This document shows, piece by piece, positions 9,661-17,100 of a stretch of DNA of 64,000 nt. A program made the position numbers and the translations under genes. This DNA is from Acutalibacteraceae bacterium (GTDB taxonomy: Bacteria; Bacillota; Clostridia; Oscillospirales; Acutalibacteraceae): the NCBI GenBank assembly GCA_045658105.1, contig JAZOUK010000005.1, positions 90-64,089 of the forward strand. The letters are read 5' to 3'. The notes below the pieces were generated by a model. That model had not been told where the DNA came from. It saw only the letters and a program-made list of their open reading frames with translations, and ran no database searches. The stretch's first letter is position 1; every line of letters begins with the position of its first letter.

Positions 9661-9713
9661 GTTACTATTCAACGCACCCTTTGCAATTTGCAGAGGCCGC
9701 GTTGGGTAGTAAC
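9661..9713 (-). terminator. long imperfect hairpin between fic and the NACHT gene
   Basis: GTTACTATTCAACGC...TTGCAATTTGCAGAGGC...GCGTTGGGTAGTAAC (13 of 15 arm positions pair). It lies 30 nt after the fic stop. Confidence 0.35.
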
Positions 9714-9742
9714 AGTCAATATTCACTTTTCAATGCTTATCT

Positions 9743-10456
9743 TTACTCATCCGTATATTCATGCGGGCGTTCTTTATAATCTTTAACTTTGTATTCGCCG
9801 ATGGTGTCGTATTTGCTTGCTTTTGTTTCGGTGGGTGTATTGGTTTCATTATCTTCTCCGAGGATTGCATCGAAGAAGATGCGTTCAAGGTATTCGTATT
9901 TTGAATAAATACCTTGGGATGCCCAAACGAGAGCGTTGCGAACGTAGGCTGAGTTTGTTTTAAATAACTCGTGTTCAACTTCAAATCCCATTGATTTTGC
10001 AAGAAGTACAGCAAACACTATAACAGTTCTTGTATTACCTTCACGGAAGGGGTGGGTTTGCCAAATACTTGCGATAATACGAACAAGCTTGAAAACGATA
10101 TCCTTATCGTTATCGCCGGTTCTTTTGAGCTTGGCGATTTCTTTCATTGTTTCGTTTAGTTGTTTTTTAATTTCTTTAGGATAAGCATAACGAACGGTAT
10201 CACCGCCGAGAACGTCTTCGTATTTTACCATTTGAATGGTACGAAAATCTCCCGCCCAATCAAATATTTGGCCGAAAATATTGCGGTGGATATCCTGCAA
10301 AGTTTCGGTGTTAAACTTATCGTACTTATAATCATAAATTGCTGCCATAGAAAGACCGGTAATATCAGCCTCTGCTTTGCGCAGTAATTCCGAATCTTTT
10401 ATATCTGCTAAATTTTTAAGGATGTCAACATCATCATATAAATAAGGGTCACGCAT
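9743..10456 (-). CDS. fic: Fic/DOC family protein (putative AMPylase toxin)
   Basis: Fic motif HPFREGNTRTV (10025-10054). The GGAGGT RBS lies inside the 3' end of the upstream gene. Confidence 0.9.
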   Translation of the reverse strand: MRDPYLYDDVDILKNLADIKDSELLRKAEADITGLSMAAIYDYKYDKFNTETLQDIHRNIFGQIFDWAGDFRTIQMVKYEDVLGGDTVRYAYPKEIKKQLNETMKEIAKLKRTGDNDKDIVFKLVRIIASIWQTHPFREGNTRTVIVFAVLLAKSMGFEVEHELFKTNSAYVRNALVWASQGIYSKYEYLERIFFDAILGEDNETNTPTETKASKYDTIGEYKVKDYKERPHEYTDE

Positions 10457-10459
10457 TTG

Positions 10460-10981
10460 TTATACCTCCGTTACAAAACCGTATCTTCTAAGCGTTTGCT
10501 CGAACACAGACAAAAATGTAATATTGCCGTTTTTCCAATTGGCAAGGTCGGTTTTAACCTTATCACTTACAGGAACACCCTCGATTGATGTCATAGCATC
10601 TGAAAAGGAAATGCGTTTTTCTTTTTCGTCAGCAGATATACTATCCATACCGCTTGTGAGTTTAAGCATTTTTAATTTGCGTAGCAAAGCTTTATCCAAT
10701 AACTCTGCGGCGGTTTCGATATCCGCAAGTCTTAATATAACTTCGGGTAGTTCTGCCTCATATTCTTTCCTTAATAAAATTTGCTTTGCAATTTCATCTG
10801 CTTCTTCAGCCTTGATGTATTTGCTCTCAACAGTATCGCCGTTACGGGTTTGCAAATATAAATATTGCTTACCGCCAATCTTCTTTTTAGAAATATATCC
10901 CTTTGGCAAAACACTAAGCTTTTGCTCAATTTCAAGTTTTGTGGCAAGTAATTCTTTGTATTCAAAAATAATATCAGTCAT
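10460..10981 (-). CDS. putative Fic antitoxin with C-terminal VbhA-like inhibitory domain
   Basis: C-terminal SFSDAMTSIEGVPVSDKVKTDLANWKNGNITF resembles the (S/T)xxxE(G/N) inhibitory helix of VbhA-type antitoxins (spacing is not exact). It sits 3 nt upstream of fic. A ~110-aa N-terminal extension has unknown function. Confidence 0.55.
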   Translation of the reverse strand: MTDIIFEYKELLATKLEIEQKLSVLPKGYISKKKIGGKQYLYLQTRNGDTVESKYIKAEEADEIAKQILLRKEYEAELPEVILRLADIETAAELLDKALLRKLKMLKLTSGMDSISADEKEKRISFSDAMTSIEGVPVSDKVKTDLANWKNGNITFLSVFEQTLRRYGFVTEV

Positions 10982-11004
10982 AATGCTACCTCCTGACTAC
11001 TAAT

Positions 11005-11061
11005 AGTATATCACAAATTAACCTACAAATCAACAAATATTTGAAAATTTGTAGGTTAATT
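11005..11061 (-). promoter_or_regulatory. promoter of the Fic TA operon overlapped by a 15-bp perfect inverted repeat (candidate operator)
   Basis: Minus strand: TTGATT (11028-11033), 17 nt, TATACT (11005-11010), then AGGAGG-ATG. The palindrome AATTAACCTACAAAT (11016-11030) / ATTTGTAGGTTAATT (11047-11061) overlaps the -35 and the spacer. Confidence 0.45.
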
Positions 11062-11089
11062 ATAACTATTCTTTTTTGAAAGCAACTAT

Positions 11090-11260
11090 TCAATTTGATT
11101 TTCTTTTAAGACCGCCATCACATGCAACAAACAAGGTGATACCTAAACATATTAGAAAAGCACCTGTTGCTGTTGATACCTTATACAAAAGTGCGAGATA
11201 GCCTGTCCGTATGGTAATTAATATTAAAATCAGCATAACAATACACTTAAATAGCTTCAT
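11090..11260 (-). CDS. small membrane protein (56 aa)
   Basis: AAAGGAGGA RBS. MKLFKCIVMLILILITIRTGYLALLYKVSTATGAFLICLGITLFVACDGGLKRKSN, two hydrophobic segments. Below the ORF-track size cutoff. Confidence 0.4.
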   Translation of the reverse strand: MKLFKCIVMLILILITIRTGYLALLYKVSTATGAFLICLGITLFVACDGGLKRKSN

Positions 11261-11297
11261 TTTAAATCCTCCTTTTATGTATTAAAAAAGCCTTATT

Positions 11298-11789
11298 TCA
11301 AGCGGTTTCGTCAGCTGCTCCGCCCTTGCCATTCCACTTTGTTGGTTCTGCTTCACCGAAACGTTGATAGTGAACTATTTCTCGCTGTCTCAAAAATTTT
11401 AGTGGGTCGAGTATATCAGGATCATCAATTAGCCTTAATAAGTTATCATAAGTCACTCTTGCTTTTTGCTCTGCTGCTAAATCTTCATGCAAATCGGCAA
11501 GAATGTCTCCTTTTGCCTGAATATATTCTGCTCTCCACGGAATACCCGATGCCGCAACTGGAAATACTGCATTTGTATGATCCACAAAATATTTATCAAA
11601 ACCACTTTCCTCAATCTGTTTTTCTGTTAGATTACGAGTTAACTGATGAACCATTGCACTTACCATTTCCATATGTGCAAGTTCTTCTGTACCTATATCT
11701 GTTAGCATTCCTTTAACCTCATTAAAAGGTTGTGAATACCTTTGGGTCAAGTAACGCATTGAAGCACCTAACTCGCCGTCCGGTCCGCC
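11298..11789 (-). pseudogene. cotJC: cotJC 3' segment (Mn-catalase-family spore coat protein) separated from its 5' end by the prophage
   Basis: The in-frame sequence upstream of the track ORF reads GGPDGELGASMRYLTQRYSQPF..GTEELAHMEMV.., typical of CotJC from about residue 30. The reading frame is cut by phage sequence at the CCGCC core (11785-11789). Confidence 0.85.
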
Positions 11790-11810
11790 AAAATGCTTTT
11801 AGATATATAG
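11771..11810. other. attL (host cotJC side / phage arm)
   Basis: actcgccgtccggtCCGCCaaaatgctttTAGATATATAG. The phage arm TAGATATATAG (11800-11810) is the inverted copy of CTATATATCTA at attR. Confidence 0.75.
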
Positions 11811-11924
11811 CTTTGATAACACTTTTAAACCCACAGGAAAATTTTGACAACAATAGTTGGTATTGAAATGGTTTCCTTTGATTTATTCTAATAACACGAT
11901 TTGTCAAAAATCGAGGTTTTAGTT

Positions 11925-12329
11925 ATGTTTACAAAGGAATTATCAAGTAATCTTTTGAAAATTTTAAACGAGAAAAAGTTAACGGTTTCTGCATTGTCTG
12001 AGCTTACTCATATGTCACGGAATCATATGAATAATATAATCAGTCAAAAGCAGGTACTCTCGGTTGAAATGCTTGAAAACATTTGCTCAGGCTTAGAGGT
12101 CAATCCGGACGAGCTACTTCTAAGTGATAAGTCGAAACAAAAAGATAAATCCAAGCCAATGAAAGTTACACAAATTGTATGCAGTAAAGGAAGCAATAAT
12201 ACAATGCATTCACCAATATGCCCTGACTGCGGCAAGAAGCTGATAAAAGACAATCAGGCGTTTTGTGATAAATGCGGAAGACGTTTGAGCTGGCGTGAAT
12301 ATAGTAAAGCCGAAATGTTATACTTATGA
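11925..12329 (+). CDS. XRE-family HTH protein with C-terminal zinc ribbon
   Basis: LNEKKLTVSALSELTHMSRNHMNNIISQKQ (HTH) and CPDCGKKLIKDNQAFCDKCGRRLSW. ATG 11925 follows a GAGG. The track ORF starts at TTG 11901. Confidence 0.7.
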   Translation: MFTKELSSNLLKILNEKKLTVSALSELTHMSRNHMNNIISQKQVLSVEMLENICSGLEVNPDELLLSDKSKQKDKSKPMKVTQIVCSKGSNNTMHSPICPDCGKKLIKDNQAFCDKCGRRLSWREYSKAEMLYL

Positions 12330-12601
12330 TGGCAAAGGGCCTTAAGGCTTTTGCCGGAAGGAGCTCAGCCTTGAAATCAAAAACCGCAACCAAATCAAAG
12401 CCTATGAGAGTAAATACGGTTTACTGCCACAGAGAAGAAAATGTGTTTTCTTATAAGCCCGTATGCCCTGCCTGCAACTCTCTGCTTTCAAGTGATTGGC
12501 AGCGTTATTGCGACCGTTGCGGTCAAAAGCTCAGCTGGGAAAGGCGCATTGAATGCGAGGTAACCCTTGAAAGACCGCGGCTCAAGAAAATCGACCGATA
12601 A
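12326..12601 (+). CDS. zinc-ribbon protein, paralogous to the C-terminus of the preceding gene
   Basis: CPACNSLLSSDWQRYCDRCGQKLSW compared with CPDCGKKLIKDNQAFCDKCGRRLSW. ATGA start/stop overlap with the upstream gene. Confidence 0.55.
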   Translation: MMAKGLKAFAGRSSALKSKTATKSKPMRVNTVYCHREENVFSYKPVCPACNSLLSSDWQRYCDRCGQKLSWERRIECEVTLERPRLKKIDR

Positions 12602-12835
12602 ATGATAAGTGAAGATATTACATATACTCTACGTTGTGATACCGTTCTCGATGAAGAGGGCCAAGCGTACACCGTCTACGGTATTACAGCTTTAAATAAC
12701 TCAGGCAAGGAGCTTGCAAGCTTCCCCGATATGTTTTTCGATAAGCAAAAGGCAATTGATTTTGTAAACCTCTGCAACTCAGAGCGTTTGGAGCTTGTCC
12801 ACCTTGCCGATGTGGTAGAGGATGCCCTGCTTTAA
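12602..12835 (+). CDS. hypothetical small protein (77 aa)
   Basis: Starts 1 nt after the upstream TAA and is acidic. No motif assigned. Confidence 0.5.
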   Translation: MISEDITYTLRCDTVLDEEGQAYTVYGITALNNSGKELASFPDMFFDKQKAIDFVNLCNSERLELVHLADVVEDALL

Positions 12836-12843
12836 TGTTTTTC

Positions 12844-12872
12844 TTGCATTTAGCATATAATTGTGCTACAAT
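12844..12872 (+). promoter_or_regulatory. sigma-A-type promoter
   Basis: TTGCAT (12844-12849), a 17-nt spacer ending in TGTGC, then TACAAT (12867-12872). Confidence 0.45.
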
Positions 12873-12878
12873 GGCCTT

Positions 12879-13048
12879 GCTACAAATCCAACTGAATAAT
12901 ATTCTTATACTTAGTGTAATTTACTATGGTAAAAATACGCTGTGTTTTGTCATACGCTTATGTGTAAGAATATTCAAGGATTTGTAGCAGGATTTTTGAA
13001 GACGAGCGTATTTTTCGTGCAAGGCTTCAAAGGTCTTGCACTTTTTTT
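12879..13048 (+). ncRNA. candidate structured leader/attenuator RNA upstream of 13068 (class unknown)
   Basis: An 11-bp closing helix pairs GCTACAAATCC (12879-12889) with GGATTTGTAGC (12978-12988). A second helix pairs TGAAT..ATTCTTA (12893-) with TAAGAATATTCA (12965-12976). The terminator comes next and the RBS of the next gene follows immediately. Confidence 0.3.
13017..13048 (+). terminator. intrinsic terminator inside the leader of gene 13068
   Basis: GTGCAAG-gcttcaaaggt-CTTGCAC followed by TTTTTTTATTTTT. The upstream TTTGAAG (12996-13002) could pair with CTTCAAA in the loop as an anti-terminator. Confidence 0.5.
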
Positions 13049-13067
13049 ATTTTTGGAGGAAGTTTAA

Positions 13068-13826
13068 ATGTTTAAATCTAAAAACAAAAGCACGATAATA
13101 TTAATCCTTGTGTCAATTTTTTTAATTATGGCTTCTTTATTGTTTATTGGTTTAATTATTTTTGCAATTAATATGGATGATGTTACTGTAGATAGCAGCA
13201 TAATTAATGCCACTATAAACTCCGAAAGCGCAGATGATGAGAATACTATAAAAGGAAGCGATGTCACAGTATATAACCCAAACACCACGTCCTCTGTTGT
13301 ATCGTCTAATATCACTGAAAGTAAACCTTCATATTATAGTGAACCCGAATTAAATTCGTCACATATAGAAAGCAATAATCAAATCGATATAAATTCATCA
13401 ATAAATGAAGCAGAGAAACAATTATTTAAACAATTGTACTCGATGGCTGAATCACAATATAAATCTGAAAAAAGCTTAGAAATTTCAAATTATAATACAC
13501 AATTACAACAATGGCAAGACAAATCGGAACAATATACTAAACAAAAATATAAAGAACGTCAAATACTGGAAGAAAATTTTGCAAGTATGGGTTTATTACA
13601 GTCAGGTCAATATACTTCTGCATTAAATAATCTAAATAATAAATATGATAATTTATTGAGCGAATGTAGGGCATATATAAATCAATTAAGTGACCAAATA
13701 TCAGATTTAGAAAGAGAAAAGCAAAATCCAGACCCCAACAAAATTTTAGCAATTATTGCAACTAATAATGGAATGACACCAGCAGAAGTACTTGAAAAAT
13801 ATAATAAATATTATTTAAATCAGTAA
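13068..13826 (+). CDS. N-terminally membrane-anchored protein with coiled-coil ectodomain
   Basis: GGAGGA RBS. TM helix IILILVSIFLIMASLLFIGLIIFAI. The ...EENFASMGLLQSGQ... motif resembles EEMANMGLTNSGL in virion protein 20444-21373. Confidence 0.6.
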   Translation: MFKSKNKSTIILILVSIFLIMASLLFIGLIIFAINMDDVTVDSSIINATINSESADDENTIKGSDVTVYNPNTTSSVVSSNITESKPSYYSEPELNSSHIESNNQIDINSSINEAEKQLFKQLYSMAESQYKSEKSLEISNYNTQLQQWQDKSEQYTKQKYKERQILEENFASMGLLQSGQYTSALNNLNNKYDNLLSECRAYINQLSDQISDLEREKQNPDPNKILAIIATNNGMTPAEVLEKYNKYYLNQ

Positions 13827-13837
13827 GGAATTTTGTA

Positions 13838-14104
13838 ATGAAAAAAATATTAACTATCTTAATTATTTGCTTTTTAATATTTCAATGCGGTTGCGATAAT
13901 GAACCAAATAGCAATAATACTATTTCAAATATTCCTTCAATTCCTACCTCAGATATTATCGTTTACATAACAAAAACAGGCGAATGTTATCACACCGAAG
14001 ATTGCAGTGCCCTCAGAAAATCAAAAATTGAAAAATCATTATCTGATGTTGCGGAGCGTTACCGCCCCTGTCAGCTCTGCTATCCACCTATAATAGACGA
14101 ATAA
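13838..14104 (+). CDS. small secreted/lipoprotein-like protein with YH-x3-C...C-x2-C motif
   Basis: Signal MKKILTILIICFLIFQCGC. C-terminal IVYITKTGECYHTEDCSALRKS...RPCQLCYPP. The same motif is found at the C-terminus of ImmA-like 48806-49507. Confidence 0.6.
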   Translation: MKKILTILIICFLIFQCGCDNEPNSNNTISNIPSIPTSDIIVYITKTGECYHTEDCSALRKSKIEKSLSDVAERYRPCQLCYPPIIDE

Positions 14105-14110
14105 AAAATA

Positions 14111-14145
14111 CCGCCCCACTCCGAAAGGAATGAGGCGGATTTTTT
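14111..14145. terminator. bidirectional terminator between convergent genes
   Basis: CCGCCCCACTCC-gaaa-GGAATGAGGCGG flanked by AAAAAATA and ATTTTTT. Confidence 0.6.
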
Positions 14146-17100
14146 AGTTTTTAACCTGATTAATATAATACTGTATCAGTTTATCATAATCGTCTAAAAA
14201 CCGCATTTCTGCTTTAGATAAGAAATATTCCTGCGCCAATTCCTCCAAATCCTGCTCACGCATCTTAGAGTAAACAGATTTTGTAAGTATCGGGTCACCG
14301 TTTTTCTTTTCACCAACCATTGCGGATAAGGTGTCGTAATCATATTTACGTTCCGACTTTACCTTATCATAAGCGAACTGATATATTTTACTTATCGCAG
14401 CAACTTTTTCATCATCAGAAAGCTTCGTATATTCCTGACTATCGAAAAGCTGACCAAGCAATTCTGCGCTGTATTTTCCTGTATTGCGCTGAAAATCTGC
14501 TTTTTCTTCGGGGGTAAATATCATCTTGTTACCCTTAACTGTGAAATAATTCGGGGCTGTTCGTGGTATGACAGAATTTTCACCTGTTGATTTGTAAAGC
14601 TTATATATCTCCCCGACAACCTCGCCTGAGCTTTTAGGATACGTGTTCCACGGTGAAGCAAATGCTTCCCATTCGTCAAGATATTGCGTGTTCTTAACTT
14701 CTTCACCCAAAACATTAACCTGATTAGGTAATGTAGTTCTGAGCCCTGGTATTTTCGCTATGACTTTATTTATAGCTGATTTAAAACTATTTGTATTGTC
14801 ATAAGACGTTCTGCGGTATTCGTCAAAATAGCTTGCAGTTTGAGACCAACGTTGTGGAACAAATGCTGCCGGCTCTGCCAAAGCTGCAGTTGTTAAGGCT
14901 TCTACTATATCCTCCGAAGAAAATAAATCATATAAACTTTGTAAAAACGACTGTTGCGAAAAAGCTTTACCACCTGCCTTAATCGCCTCTACTATTGCGT
15001 TCGCTACATCGCCATCAGGATTTTCTTCTTGACTTTCCATAAAATCCGCTACAACTGCCAAAATCGAACCGAATGGTTGTGCCCAATCATAAGTAACATT
15101 CACACCGAAAAATTCTATCGAATATGGCGGAATACCCATAATGTACTTTTCATAATTTGAAGCATCTTTATCGTCATCATCATCGCCCGAAAGTTTGACA
15201 ACGCCTAACGCCGCTCCTATAGCAACAAGCGCATAAACTGTTGTTCCTGTTATAGCATTACTCATACTGCGTACAAATTCTCTTTGTAACTGAGGATTAA
15301 ATTTGCCTTTATCTATAGCATTTTTAAGCTTTTTAGCGTTAACTCCTGCCGATACAAAGCCAACAGGGGAGAAGCTTCCAATCGCTTTAGCTATGTTTGA
15401 AGGTGTTTTTATAAACTTCATAACAAAGTCGCCGAGTCCGTAAGAAGTTCCGGGTATGTGCACCATATCGTTGAGCGCCGACTTAATTTTACTCGCGGAC
15501 CTTGTAAGCTTATTATCGTCTTGCCAAGTTCTTTGTAATGCTTCCTGCTTAGCTACTTCTATCATTTCGGGTGTAGGTATTTCCAAATTATTGAGCCTCA
15601 GTTGGTTATTCAATGAATTTGTCATCCACATTTCAAAGAAAGGTCTGTCTCCTACTTCTAAGCAGAAAGAAGTAAAATTATCCATCTTATTAAGAGCCTT
15701 TGCAATAGCATCTAATTGTTTGCCCAACTTTCCGTTGTGATGCTCGTTAAAATTCTTACCTGTCGAAGCATTAAGCTCAAAACGGTTTAAATCCTCTTGC
15801 TTTGTGCGTATACCTCTTTTGAAATCGTCCCAAGATTCGTAAACACCTTTTCCAAAGCTCTTTGTGCTTTCTTTTAGACGTTCTCTGCCATCCTTTGTAA
15901 ATACGTGACCGTACATACCTGTAGACCTGTATTCAGTCTTTTTTGATACTGCTTTATCAATAGCAGTTCCGAAAAAGTCAGATGCAATAAACAACGGTGT
16001 CATACCAACGTTACCGTTTATGTTGCGGAGTATTGTTTTTAAATTTAAAAGCATATTTGACCGTTGAAGTGCCCTGATAGATTGTCCGGCTTCGGGCGGA
16101 ATCTTATCCTGAATAATATTGCATATTTTTCCAAGTGCTATAGCTTTAGGTCTTGTATTATCGTCAAATAATGCAGCTTGCAGGGTATAACGGCGAATTA
16201 ATTCAATGTCATCCTCTGTGAGCTTGAGTTTATCAGCATTTTTATCTATCCATTTTTGGGTTTTGATTTCTGCCAATTCCTCAAAAGCTTTATCCAATTG
16301 TTTTTGGGCATACAATACCATTGCATTCGGTTCAAGTCTTCCGAGTATCGAGAAAATCTGCACCTGCTGACCGCCTGCTGTTCCAAAGGCTCTTACTCTT
16401 TCGGCCGCGGCGGCAGCACTTTCATAATCACCCACACGCTGATACCTGTCCATAAGGATAAATCCTACAGCCGTATCAATAAGGCTTGCGTGTTCAGGGT
16501 CTTTGTTCCACCATTGATTTACGTAGCTTTGTCCTCCCTCGTCAAGCTCCTTTGCCGCTTTCTCAAGAGTTTCCTTGTTTGTGACCGATTTATATTTTTG
16601 AATAAAGCTATCGTCTCGCACTTCGTCCTTAAAACGTTCGTCAAAAATATCCGATTCTAAAAGGCTGCCGTAAAATTTGCTTTCCTTATCACCGTCCGAT
16701 TCGCCCTTTTTGCGTGAGTGGTGAGGTGTGGTGTTTGCATCTTCTTCGGTTAAATTCGCTATCTCTGCGGGGTTGAGAGGCTTTTGTTTTTTAACCATAT
16801 CTAAATACTCTTGCCTTGTAATCTCGCCGTTCTCGTACTGTTCAAGCAAACTTTCTGCAGAATTATCGACAGGAATGGAATAATCGTCCGTTTCCTGCAT
16901 AGAATTTTTCTTGACAGTAGGCTCAATATCGTCTATAATGTCAGTAGAAGATGTTTCGGCTCTACGGTCTTGTGCCGTATGCGAGGCATCTTCTATTTCT
17001 ATTTCTTGAAGTCCTACAATATCATACAACAATGCAACTCCTGATTTTGTTGTTCCCACAATAATGTCCGCAGAATATCCTCTATCATCCACCTTGAAAT

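Noticed and set aside
5261-9713. Integron-like gene cassettes with attC sites (same-strand cassettes each followed by an imperfect palindrome).
   Set aside because: There is no IntI-type tyrosine recombinase and no attI. The palindromes lack RYYYAAC/GTTRRRY core sites, and they look like terminators with T-runs.
11722-11907. Track ORF 11722-11907 (-) spanning the attL junction, and ORF 9730-10014 (-) overlapping fic.
   Set aside because: The first is a chimeric frame across the host/phage junction, out of frame with cotJC. The second is an alternative frame inside the well-supported fic gene.
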